Assembly: GCA_025603075.1 (NCBI GenBank)
Contig: MU626267.1
Span: forward strand, 62,001 to 126,000
Direction of reading: 5' to 3'
Length of the DNA: 64,000 nt
From: Neoconidiobolus thromboides FSU 785
Lineage: Eukaryota; Fungi; Entomophthoromycota
Shown: positions 13,933 to 26,012 of the stretch, piece after piece
How positions within the stretch are numbered: the stretch's first letter is position 1
How the letters are laid out: each line of letters starts with the position of its first letter
The notes under the pieces: model-generated
The model's database searches: none
Told to the model about the DNA's origin: nothing
The model's input: the letters and a program-made list of their open reading frames with translations, nothing else
Translations under genes and position numbers: made by a program

Positions 13933-14607
13933 CCTGAGAAAAAATGAATTGTTTCGGGAAAAAAAATGTAGAAATAGACTTTCTTAAAAGTTGCTAAGGT
14001 TGACTAAAATACTGAACAATCTTATATGCACCGTTTCTAGCTTGTTTCCTTACCCTAAAAAAGTCGAAAAAAATAGTTGTATTATTAATTTACCCTTACC
14101 TTTAAGTCCCTATTTTTGGTTTTTAGAGCATTCGATGATTGGCTATACCTGAATCAAAGGAGTTATTTATCCAATTAAATTTCCTTTGACTTGGGTACTT
14201 TTTACTTGTAATAATAGGGTAAAAATGATATAGTATTGTAAATAAAGCTAGTTTTGTAAATAGAATCCTTATCAAATTGTGTAAATTAATAATTTTAAAC
14301 TCAACCCCTTTACTATCGATCACGTTGAGCTATTATAATTCAAAGATTTCTTTACCATATGCATCAATTGTATAGTTTCTAGCTTTTTTAAAAATAAATA
14401 AGCACAGTTAATATAGATTATGTTATAATAAAATAAATAACTTTATCCAAAAAATCATTATTTATATGCTTTAAAAAACTTATTTCTTTATCAACATAAG
14501 TGTACGTTATTAACCTTTATAAACTTAATATGAATAAATATACTGAAATATTGGCATGATTGGGTTTAAACATTGAATGTTAATTGAAATCTATTATAGT
14601 AGTATAT

Positions 14608-14705
14608 GAGGTTGTATTTTTTTGCTTGGGAGTTTTATTGATAGCTTTTCCACTCGAATAGTGCTTGAAAGATGGAAAAAGTAATGAAACCAAAAAAACA
14701 CCTTT
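14608..14705 (+). mobile_element. ~98-bp MITE family copy
   Basis: gaggttgtattttttt...ccactcgaatagtgcttgaaagatggaaaaagtaatgaaacc. Confidence 0.7.
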
Positions 14706-15536
14706 ACATATTAAAATCTGACCATCCACCTTTATTTATTGAATATGCTAATCTGTCTGAATTTCCGCTATAAAATTCCAAACCATTTGAAATATTTATA
14801 CTTTTGTTAATAAACTATAAACTTTAACTACGATTACTATTTTATCGAAATTCCATTCATCTATGCGAATACTGCTTCGTTACAATCCTACATGTAATTT
14901 TCATAATATGTACACCTAAATAAATTAAGAAATAAATACTACATCAAATGTTATAATGATTTGATATTTTGGAAAAAGATCACTTGCTTAATTTAGTATC
15001 TAAGGAAGTTATGCTGATGTTTTTTTACCAATTATTCATTTTTACTACTTTTATTGAAATTTAGAAATTAATTAGCTAATACAGCTATTTAAGCTTTGTA
15101 TATGCGCTAGATAACTGTTCACTTAGGAAATTAATCATCGAGCTGCAAACCACCATAATAGTACAAATAATTAGTTATGAATTTGCTACTAATGAAGCGA
15201 TACTTGGACTTAAACAATTGCATGGTTAGTTAATCTATAGATTTTTGAAAAAGTAGCAAAAGAAGGTAATTTGTAAAAGCATTGTTATATTTTATTTGAA
15301 TTTACTTTATAACTTTGTAATTAATAGCTAAAAATTGAAATTAGTAAAATGCCACATGGGTTATAAAATTAATGAATACTATACAAATGCTTTAAAAGTG
15401 GTGGGCTAATAGTATCAAGAAGTCATTAATAATTGCTACCTAACAAGATAATAAATAACTATTAGATTATAGTTAAATTTCAAATCATTAAAAAATCAAT
15501 TTTAGCCCATTTTAGACTTTATTCTCTAGAACTCTT

Positions 15537-16551
15537 TTAAAGTAAAGTTACAATGTTCTTAACTAAATCTTGCATAAGCTTAGCCTTAGCTACTGAAGCA
15601 GCGAGCACTTCTTCATGAGTAGCATGAACTTCTTCAACTTGGTTCTCAGCTGGCTCAGCATAAGAAGGAGGTTCTCTACTTGTAATAACGTTATTAGTAA
15701 TAAGAGACAATCCTAAGATACGTAAGCCACAATGTTTGGCAACGATGACTTCGGGTACAGTGGACATCCCAACAGCATCAGCACCCAACAAAGTTAATAG
15801 TCTACCTTCAGCTCTAGTTTCGTAACTTGGTCCACTTACATTAGCATAGATACCTTCTTGCATTTTTAACTCTCCCAATTCTTTTGGAATTTGAGAAGCA
15901 GCTTTGAAAGCTATTCTACGAAGCTCAATATCATAAGCATCTGAAGTAGCTACAAACCTTGGTCCATAAGTATCAATGTTAGGTCCTACTAATGGATTAT
16001 TACCAGCTAATCCAGCCATTGATAAATGATCAGCAATGACCATTACATCTCCTACATTGTAATCTTTGTTTAAACCACCAGCGGCGTTGGTAACTGTAAG
16101 TAAGGATGTAAAAAAAGGTGAAGTTTATAAAAAATATGAAAATTACCAATCAAAATTTTAATGCCTAAAGTAGCCATTACTCTAATAGGGAAAGTGACAT
16201 GATGTAATGGATGACCTTCATAAAAGTGAAAGCGACCAACCATACAAAGGGTTGGTACTCCTTGTAATTGACCAAATACTAATTGACCGGCATGGCCAGC
16301 AACTAATCCATTTTCAGAATCAATGAGTTAAAAAATGAAAAACTTAAAAACTTACCAGTAGCTTTTGGAAAGTGAGGGATCTGAGAGTATGGAATGGAAA
16401 CAGTGTTTGATAAAGTTTCAGCTAACCCACCAAGTCCAGAACCACATACGATACCGATTTTAAAGTCAGTTCCAGAAGTCAATTTAGATTTTATAAAGTT
16501 GGAGGCCTCTTCTATTTGGTTTAATAATTCTTTTGCTTCTATTATTGCCAT
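15537..16551 (-). CDS. PNP1: Purine nucleoside phosphorylase (multi-exon)
   Basis: GIVCGSGLGGL, IPYSQIPHFP, GRFHFYEGH, TNAAGG, GPSYETRAE, GADAVGMSTVPEV, THEEVL. Confidence 0.95.
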
Positions 16552-17409
16552 TTTGTCTTATATTTTAGTAAAAGTTATTGAACTGTATTTCTATCTCTTA
16601 TTTTATTATCAGTTTTTGAGTGTTGAGGTTATTACCTAACCAGATTCAAAATGGTTTTTATTGGTTAGATTCTAGATTTTGTTCTTAGAAAACAGAAATT
16701 TGGGATATGTAGTTTAACTATATTAGTATTTTTTAATTAGAATATGTTGGAGTCAAAGAAATAAACTATTATTAAAGTATAATAGATTTCTAATAATCAT
16801 ATGTGTATTTTTATCTTATTTGTTATATCTATATAGCATCAAATAAATAAGATTAGTAGTTAATCTAAGAATGCCTTTATTGTTTCATTCTTTTTCATTT
16901 TTTATGGCCATAAATTTAATTGTAGCTAAATGCTGAAACAATAATGGATTCTCAATTATTTTACTTAAAAAAGACTGTCAAATTTTCAACCAATAAAAAA
17001 ATAAAAAGCAAAAAAATCTTTATTCAGATTAAATTTTATTTTTTATAGTCTAGAATAATAGTCAATTTTATTCTGCCAATTTAATTTAAAAATATTGCAA
17101 TATATATCTCTGCGGTATACTTTCTAATGTACTATTAATTTAATGTAGAGCTTTTTAGACCTTTATATTGGAAACACAAGTGTAACAGAAAGTGTTTTAT
17201 AAAAACTATGGGCTAAGTTTAGTTCACAAAGGTCAAAGCAAACCATCTTAGTGCAAGAAAAATACTTTCAAAATATTTATGTTTTTAAGATATTATATAC
17301 TACTAAAAAAAATTATTACTATGATTTTTAAAGAGCTAGTAATCCTTGATTTCTTTTCTAAAGATATGTTTGTTTATCTAAAATTAAAAATAAATCACAT
17401 CCAACATAT

Positions 17410-17506
17410 GATGATGTTTTTTTGGTCTCATCATTTTTTCCATTTTTTAAGCGCTATTGAGTGGAAATAACGTTAGTAAAAGCCTTAAGCAAAAAAATAC
17501 ATCCAC
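17410..17506 (-). mobile_element. ~98-bp MITE family copy
   Basis: Reverse match including aagcgctatt and gttagtaaa. Confidence 0.72.
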
Positions 17507-17865
17507 TATACAATTTTATATCAAAAGTTTTTACAAAAATTAGTTGTTTGCTTTATACCTATGGTAGCCTCAATTAGTCATCGGTTTAAACATGCTTGAT
17601 TAATAGAGTATACAATATCAACATGTCAAAATGCTTATCAAAGGATCAAGTGGACTCTAAGATTCAATGTGTTTAAAAAAATAAGACATATCAGTAACAC
17701 AAAGAAAAGGGATTAGACCCTTTATTAGCTCATTATTTATTGAAACTACAAAGTTGTATTTAAAAAACTGCTATTGACCTCATTTTAACTAATATAGATA
17801 CATTAGCTACAGCGTCATATATCGTAAATTGTGATTAAATTATTTGTTAAAGCTATTTATTAAAT

Positions 17866-17962
17866 GGGGATGTATTTTTTTGTTTAAGAATTTTACCAAC
17901 ATCTTTTCACTCAAATAGCGCTTAAAAAATGGAAAAATAACGAAACCAAAAAAAACATCCCC
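17866..17962 (+). mobile_element. ~98-bp MITE family copy, TSD AAAT
   Basis: AAAT-ggggatgt...acatcccc-AAAT. Confidence 0.85.
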
Positions 17963-19168
17963 AAATGGTAAATATTAATTGAACTTATTTATTCTTTTAA
18001 ATGATTCTTATTAATATGACGTTTCTAGTACTATGACATTTTTATTGAAAGTTGTTTTTTGATATTTTGTTAGTGCTTTATGTTTATTGTACCATTGTGG
18101 AGAAAATCCTAGAACGTAATCGAAGAAGTTTCGGACTAATCTTCCATTTCAATGAAGCCTGGTTCACCAGACAACCAAGTGATAAAGTTAAGAAACACCA
18201 TCGGGCCTGTGGTATTCATAATAATAGTACAAATATTAGACTACTCGGACTGAAATCTGGTAGTTTATAAACAAATGTAATGATGTAACAAGGTATTACA
18301 GTAATAAACTAATATGTTGATGTAAAGTGTTAGTATAAAAATAAGTTAAAAAAGTGTGCTTAAAAATAAGTAACTTGATACGGAATAATTAAATATACTA
18401 ACATGTCTATTCAGGATATAAATATAATAGTTAAGTATTAATAATTGAACGTGGATTGAAGTAAGAAAAATTAGCAATATTTTACTAACTTTAATAGTAT
18501 TAGGATCAAGGGCGAAAGGAAACCAAAGGATGGATGAACAAAGACAACTAAACCACAACGATGAAAAGAAACTAAATAAAACGATGTTAGTTAAATTATT
18601 CTAAAGTTTGATATATTGATTAGAGTAATTTATAAATGCTAATTTCTGGTGGATTTAGTCAAAATAAAGTTTACATTGTATTCCTTAGATTTAAACTAAT
18701 TTTAATCTTTATAATTTTAAATCCCTTGTTTTGAACTTGTTTGAATAATTTAGATAAAGTTGAATAGTATATCAAACAAAGTAAATTAAACAAAGTTGAG
18801 CATAATAGAATAAAATATTAACAGTTTAAATTTAGAAATGGAAATGGCTTTAGATATATTTTTAATGGTAACAACAATTTATATATTATAATAGTAATAA
18901 CAATTACATAAAATTATTACTAATTGATAATAATTTTGATGTCAAAAATTTAACTATTGACATATAGCTTATATAAAGTTATACTCGAAAAATTAAAAAA
19001 AAATCGACTATCATATTTTTGTTTATGATTTATATTTATTAATATTTTACAACGTTATAAATATATATAACCTAGTGCTTAACCAAACTATTATCTATAA
19101 CTAAATAGTCGTTTTGAATTTAAAACCAGCAAAATAGAATTGCAAATAGCTGTGATTTAAAGTTAAAG

Positions 19169-20584
19169 TTAATTTTCATACCATGAGTAAACAGGGACAA
19201 CTAAAGGTATCTGTTTCAAATGCTCAAATACCTTTTCAACATCCCTTTCATCAAAATAGATATCTAAAAAGAACAATAGAGGCTTTTCAAAGTGATGAGT
19301 TGCTGAGTTACTCAAATTGCCTAGTTTCACACAGCAAATATTAAGGTATACCATCTCACAATTAGGAAATACTTTTAAAATATCAAGACAGTTAATAAGT
19401 TTAAAATCCGATTGCTCAAATATGACTTCTTTAACTGAATTACACATGACATCCTGCTTTAATAACGGTATGCTATTAGCAATGTTATAATCCGATAAAA
19501 TATCATCTAAATTGAAATCCACTTTAAGATATGTTAAACTTGTTATTTTTAGTTTCTTAATACTTAACTTTGGTAATATAGTTAAAAGGTAAGATTCAAA
19601 TATCTCATTATCAGTTAATATCAATTGATTTAAATGTTTCATATTTAATAAATCATTTAAATCAAAATCTTTACAAAAATATACATGTAGTACTTGAATC
19701 TGATTCTCTTTTAATTGACTATTATTTATCATATTATACTCATCTCCATTTTTGTTAAAGCGTTGTAACTTCTTTACATCTCCAAAATAAACCACTGGAT
19801 CTAATCTGCCTAACCTTACTTCAATGTTAAGATGTTTGAGGGAACAAAAACTTTTAGTGTTTAAAAAAGATGGATCTACTTTATAATTATCTGACTTTAC
19901 ATGTAGCACTTCCAATACTTTAAATTGCTTTAATTCGTTTAAACCAGTTAAATTTAACTCATCTGCATATATTTTGAGGACCTTTAGTTTATCTTTATTT
20001 AAATATCGAATTAAATCTCGCAATTTAATGCTTTCTATTGATATATCAAACAGTTCTAATCTCTCTAAAATGATTTCCCAGTTCCTTATTGATTCATCGA
20101 TCCTCCAGTTACTTAGTAATTGACTATAATCACTTTTATAAAATTCAATTTCTATACTCTTGAGTCTTTTAAGTTCCAACAATTTTTTCATTACTGTTTG
20201 AAACATAACTGTTGGATCCTCTTCGTCTTCTACCCTTAAATCATGATCCACCCTTAGCGCTTTTATGTTTTTACACAAGCTAAAATATTCCAGTTGACTT
20301 GTTTTATAGATCCATAGATACTTTACCTTATCACCTTTATTTTGAATAAACTTCTTTTGTAAGTCTTGATAGTAGTTATCTTCGTCTAAGCCATAGATAA
20401 AGTTACAATAGTTGGCTGTGATAACTTCCAATACTATACTATAAAACCTTTTGCTTAAAAATATCAAATCAAATAGATCCTTTGGTCTACAGTTCTTAAA
20501 TACTTCTATTAATATAACATCTGGCAAATCAATCATCATTATTTTTAATAAAAGGAACAATAATCTGTTTTTATAATTCCTCAT
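19169..20584 (-). CDS. F-box/LRR-like protein (intronless)
   Basis: N-terminal F-box-like segment IDLPDVILIEVFKNCRPKDLFDLIFLSKRF, followed by leucine-rich repeats. The true start may be the internal MMIDLP. Confidence 0.75.
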   Translation of the reverse strand: MRNYKNRLLFLLLKIMMIDLPDVILIEVFKNCRPKDLFDLIFLSKRFYSIVLEVITANYCNFIYGLDEDNYYQDLQKKFIQNKGDKVKYLWIYKTSQLEYFSLCKNIKALRVDHDLRVEDEEDPTVMFQTVMKKLLELKRLKSIEIEFYKSDYSQLLSNWRIDESIRNWEIILERLELFDISIESIKLRDLIRYLNKDKLKVLKIYADELNLTGLNELKQFKVLEVLHVKSDNYKVDPSFLNTKSFCSLKHLNIEVRLGRLDPVVYFGDVKKLQRFNKNGDEYNMINNSQLKENQIQVLHVYFCKDFDLNDLLNMKHLNQLILTDNEIFESYLLTILPKLSIKKLKITSLTYLKVDFNLDDILSDYNIANSIPLLKQDVMCNSVKEVIFEQSDFKLINCLDILKVFPNCEMVYLNICCVKLGNLSNSATHHFEKPLLFFLDIYFDERDVEKVFEHLKQIPLVVPVYSWYEN

Positions 20585-22977
20585 TTAATGTTATTTTATA
20601 CTTATAGCAAAAGAAGCCAATCAGCATAATTTTTTTATTTTTAAAGAAAAAGCAAGGTAAAACATATGAAGAGATCGGAGCAATAGGCAATAGATATAAA
20701 CTAGTATAACTAGTATGTGACTCTCTTTTCTGACTTTTTTTAAAACAAATTAAGAAATAGATTCGTGCTTTAAGTTACATTGACGTGTTTTAATAAAAAA
20801 GTTTTAGCTATTTGTTGTTGTTTAAAGGCTACTTTATAGCAGCCTCTGTACTCTTTATTAAATAAATAACTATTATAGATTTAAATTGAAGATTTGTTGA
20901 TGTTTTCATTAGATGATTGAGTAGTTATTGCTATAGGATTATTCTTAAGATACTTTTTTTTAAAAGCAAAATATTTCACTATCATATTAAGTGTTATATT
21001 GGCTTTTACAAGATAAGTTATATGCTAATAGGGTATCCAGTTCATTTAGTCATCCACTTTGGGAATTACAATTTGCTATTTTAGTGTAGGATGGTTAACC
21101 TTAGAATACAATTAAGCCTCAGATCAGGAAGTCAAGTAACTAACACAATGTAGTTAGCTCACAAGCAAATGTTTTTAAAAGTATCAAGTATAGATAACTA
21201 TTTAAATTGATTAAAGAGTTGGGACCTGTATTGGAGACACCATTAAATAATAAAATTGCATTTAAAACATTTGTGTTTAATTAAATTCGTACTAATTGAG
21301 TTACTAGAAACAACTTGGGTATGTTAGTTTTTATTACATTTAATCGCAAGCTATGTTTTAAATTAATTATAGTCCTATAATAAAGTTTTTGTAGAAAGAT
21401 GTTTATTTATAAAATAAACTAAAATTTTATTTTGAAATGTAATCTTTTTTTACTGTACTTTATTCTAAATAAAAGTGAGGTAAGTATTTTTAAATTTCAT
21501 AGGGTTTATTTTTGTAAGTGTAGGCTAGAAGTTAAAAATAGCTTTTATTTTTATCATTTTTTGTCGAATTTCACCTTTTATTAGGTCATCTATTTTTTAG
21601 AATATAAATTATTTCATTATGAACAAATAGAAAAATATACATACATACATAACTCTTTTATAGAATAATACTTCTCTTTATTATAAGTTTGTAATTAAAG
21701 CATAAAGATAAATTAAACAAAGGATTATAATGAATAAATTAGGTACAGTAATTGATAATCGATTATAGTTAATAAAAGCTAGTAAAGTACCCATGTTTAT
21801 TTATTAGACTTTATACATCAATTTTTAAATTAACAAAAATTAAAATTTCCGACTTTAAGGAGAATAAAAACCAAGAACCAGAAGAATAACTGATTCAATT
21901 TTACCTTGTAAAAAGCTAAGCTAAATTAAATAGTATTTTTAATACTAATAGAAAAGTATAAAAAGAAACAAAAGTCTTTTATAATATAAAATAAATAAAT
22001 AAATAATTAGATCCTGTAATATAAAAATGGCCAGTGTAATTAATAACAGTAATGAAAGCATCAGTCAACTTATTGAAGCCAATTTAAATATAACAAAAGA
22101 CGAAACCGAAACCAAATTAGATGCTGCTATCATCGAAGATATATTAAACCTTACCTTTGATGCCTTTTTACTAGACTATTATACCCTTAACTCTGATGAA
22201 AATTAAGTTCAACTCTAGATAGGCTAAATAGTATGTATGTAAATAGCTACTTATATTTTTATTCTCCTCCTCTTATAATGGCTCGTCTTAAATAAATTCA
22301 AATAAATTTAATGTAATATTGATGTTGTTCTTAGCTCTTGATTATTGTATATATAGTTACCTTGAGTTAAGTGTGTTAGAGATTTATTTTACAATATATA
22401 TAGCAATTAACAAAATTTAGTTATTTAATAGTAAAAATAAGTATAGTATACCTAATAGAAGTATAATTATACATTTAAATGAGGTTGATTTGGACTATTG
22501 TTTTTGTTTCAGAATATTGAAACAATATTTAATACTTCTTATCGATTGCCTTTTACTTTGAAGTATCAACAAACAAAACAAATGGAACTAATATAGCACT
22601 CATTAACACAACTCCTTTGAAACACTTTCTGATTTAATGATACTAGTAAAAAAACATTGGAGATTATGTAGCTGGGTAGTTTTTAAAGCCTGAGTTCTTA
22701 TCCCAAAGAAATCTTAAAGATAGAGTAAACAATTAAACAAAAACAAACATCAACTTCTAAAATTGAAACACTTTGATACCAATACCCTAGATCAAAAATA
22801 TAGCTGCAACACATCAGCTCATGAATTGCCTTTTCAGTTCTTTGGCTGGGTTTTATAAAGTACGCTATCCTTCATGGTAAGAAAAAAAACCATTCAGCCA
22901 GTGTAGTGTAAAGTCATTCAAATAGAATTTGCTAAAAAAATATCCTATTTCTATTTACAATTATTGTTTAACTATAT

Positions 22978-23069
22978 AGGAATGTCCCTTCTTGTTTAAG
23001 AAATTTGCTAATATTTTTTCCACTCAAAAGGCTTAAAAAATAAAAAAGTGATGACTAAAAAACATTCCT
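22978..23069 (+). mobile_element. ~98-bp MITE family copy (degenerate)
   Basis: aggaatgt...tttgctaata...ccactcaaaaggcttaaaaaa...aacattcct. Confidence 0.6.
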
Positions 23070-23350
23070 AAATATTAATAAAATTTTAGTATTGTAAATT
23101 TTGATGAAAAACAATAGACTAGGCTCAAAATTGATAAAAGTAAAAGTTAATTTCATTTTTAATTCAAAACTTGGTAACAGTTTAGAGGTTTAACTAAACG
23201 ATTAAATAATGCCAGGTTTTTTTAAATCTAGTTTTAACCTTTAATCTAAAATTGAATTCTAGGTATTATACATTCACACTATAAAAACATTGGTAGTAAT
23301 GAAAAAATAATGTAAAAGTTTAAACAATATTCATTAATTTATTGATATAT

Positions 23351-23447
23351 GGTGATGCTTTTTGGCTTCATTACTTTTTCCATTTTTTAAGCCCTATTTG
23401 AGCGGAAAAATTGTTAGTAAAATTCTTAAATACAAAGATACATCCCC
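23351..23447 (-). mobile_element. ~98-bp MITE family copy, TSD ATAT
   Basis: ATAT-ggtgatg...acatcccc-ATAT. Confidence 0.85.
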
Positions 23448-23485
23448 ATATTCTAATTCATAAAATAGCTAGACCTATCTTTTTC

Positions 23486-24114
23486 ATGATTACCTTAGGT
23501 TTGATTCTTGTATTTTCTATCCCAGTTCCAACTAATTTAGTACCCTAAATTAGCACTTCAGTGAGTCCTCTTTTGGATTAATAGCTGGAAGTGATTCTAT
23601 TTTAAATTTCGGAGCTACTACTGGTGTTGCTTCAGGACCAAACTCTTCTTTTGGCGCCAGTTCAAATGTAGCAAGTGTTACAGCTACTCCCTACAGTAAT
23701 ACTCTATCGTCAGGAAACAATGCTATTTCTGGTGTAACTGGTGATTCTGGATTTTTCAATCCAGGATCTAACTTTGGAAGTGGAAAGACTAATGGCTATG
23801 GTTCTAATGCTGGTTTTTACGGTACTGGACCTGTTTCTGGCGTCACTTCAGGTACTACCAGTTTTGGTGCTTCTATTAATTTCCGAGCTTCTCAAGCCAT
23901 TTGTTTGGACTCATCTGGAGTTACTAAACCTGGGGCTAGTTATGGTCAATCTCCTGAACCATATTCAGGCACTAATGTTAAGAACAATGTAGTTGGCCTT
24001 AATAATGGGGTCAGATCTGCTGGCACTTCCAACAACTATGGTTCGTCTACTGGACCTGGCATTATTGGCGCTCGAACTAATTTCAATGGCTACAATAACA
24101 CTATCCCATATTGA
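23486..24114 (+). pseudogene. Gly/Ser/Asn-rich low-complexity protein, disrupted or mis-started at the 5' end
   Basis: The frame is open 23554-24114 (186 aa; GATTGVASGPNSSFGASS...). The upstream hydrophobic ATG segment at 23486 is followed by a stop and is out of frame. Confidence 0.5.
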
Positions 24115-24418
24115 TAATTATAAATAAGAATTTTATTTACAAAATCTTATTTTTTGTCCAAATTTATTTCACAACAGCAGATACTTTTTTACATCGTTTA
24201 GCGATATTCAATTTAAAGCTATTTATTTACTTAATATATTACTTACCAATGCTACTTTGAGAATATTTAATATCACATCTAAGCATATACATATACCACG
24301 AATATATTTAATCTTATCGCGATACTAAATATTTTAAAACATAGTGTTAGTTAGAGATATAATGAAGCCTCAAAAGAATGCTAATGAAATTATTAGATTA
24401 ACTTTATGTTTATGATAT

Positions 24419-24517
24419 GAGGATGTATTTTTGTGTTTAAGAATTTTACTAACAAATTTTCCGCTTAAATAGAGCTTAAAAAATAGAAAAAATAGTGAAA
24501 CAAAAAAAAGCACTCCC
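24419..24517 (+). mobile_element. ~98-bp MITE family copy, TSD ATAT
   Basis: ATAT-gaggatgtattttt...tactaac...aaatag...ctccc-ATAT. Confidence 0.85.
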
Positions 24518-24658
24518 ATATGCTTTAAAAAGAAATAAATAAGACTAAACTTTAAACCTAGAAAATTTATGATGAGCTTTAGTTTGTGTCTAATGTTATC
24601 TAATATCGATATCATATATCAATTCGTAAAATAATGAAATAAATTCGTTTTATTATAT

Positions 24659-24757
24659 GGGGATGTTTTTTTTGGCTTCATCATTTTTTCCATCTTTCAA
24701 GCGCTATTTAAGTGGAAAAATTGTTAGTAAAATTCTCAAATACAAAAATACATCCCC
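24659..24757 (-). mobile_element. ~98-bp MITE family copy, TSD ATAT (near consensus)
   Basis: ATAT-ggggatgt...acatcccc-ATAT. Confidence 0.9.
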
Positions 24758-24899
24758 ATATAATGAAATATCGTATAGTTTTTATTTTTTAACTCAGGAG
24801 ATATGACATTATTGTATTTCATATATCCATAGCTGATTTATTATTGTATTTATTTATTAAATCACCTATCTTACGATTATAATTTAAGAGCAATTATAT

Positions 24900-24987
24900 A
24901 GGGATGTTTTTTGGCTTCATTTTTTCCTGTTTTTAAACACTATCTGAGCACAAAGATTAGTAAGATTAAACAAAAGAATACACCCCT
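24900..24987 (-). mobile_element. ~98-bp MITE family copy with small deletions, TSD ATAT
   Basis: ATAT-agggatgtttttt...aatacacccct-ATAT. Confidence 0.75.
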
Positions 24988-26012
24988 ATATACTTACTGA
25001 TATAGTATAAAAGCTCGGATGTTATGAATGCTACAAAATATTAAAAAACCATTTTTGAGCTATATTACAACTTATAAATACAAAAAGAGGAATTCATAGA
25101 ACACTGGTATATTATAAAATGTGTTTTAAGTTTATCTATTGTCTATCATATTTAGTATTTTAACTTTAGAGGTAAATGGCTCGATTAGCCATAAGGTGAG
25201 ATGGTATTCTAATTCTATAAAGCCTAGCCAACCTATCCAAACTAACGATTATAGGGTAAATCGTAAGCGCTGACTATGTGTAGATAGAAAAACTACCCCA
25301 ATGTTGAACTGAGAGTGAATAAGCCACTTTTGATTATGTTTGGGCTTCTTTATTCTAAGAGGCCAGTAGTAATGGTAAGCTTTATTGGGCTTTGAAAATT
25401 TTTACAGCAATAATGCTATTGTTAAAAACAAGTTCCTTAAATCCGATACTAGCGCCGAACCTGAGATCAAGTTTAATCCTTTTAATGTTTATAAATCAAA
25501 TTAAAATTACAATAGATGAAAAGACTTGAAGTTAGTTCTAATGAGTTTCAAACAATATATTGTAAACACTTTATTACAGATTTGTAGAATTTTACATAAG
25601 TACTCCTGCTTTATTTTAGCTCTATAACTAACATAGCAAAGACTTACTTTATATTTAAGTATCTAATTTAAAACAAGGTATTAAAAACCTGTTAAAGTTA
25701 GCCAAAAGCTTTATTAAAGCCAAACGGTAATTTTGACATCTGGATATTTGTAACAAATAAGCGAAGAGTATCTTAATATTGTTGTTATTTAAAGAAAACC
25801 TGCAAATGTTTTAATGAAATGCTGCGTTGTAAATAATAATTTAAATCAACATAGAAACGATTTAGTTAATATCACTGCACAAGATGCTATTATGCTTTAT
25901 TTAAATTAGTGATACATTAACCATGTCTGATTTGACCTAAACTATACTAACTCCATCCTTAGAAAATACAACAGAATTAAAAACACAATAAACCCAATGA
26001 CCACTAAATATA

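Noticed and set aside
17279-17470. Short ORFs such as 5572-5769, 17279-17470, 24370-24615 and 47294-47479
   Set aside because: They run through MITE copies and AT-rich filler.
18052-18600. Slightly GC-richer stretch with short ORFs
   Set aside because: Probably decayed coding or transposon sequence; no assignable motif.
22028-22207. 59-codon ATG ORF MASVINNS...
   Set aside because: Too short, with no motif or paralogue to support it.
25150-25900. Decayed coding-like sequence
   Set aside because: Stops in all frames examined and no identifiable family.
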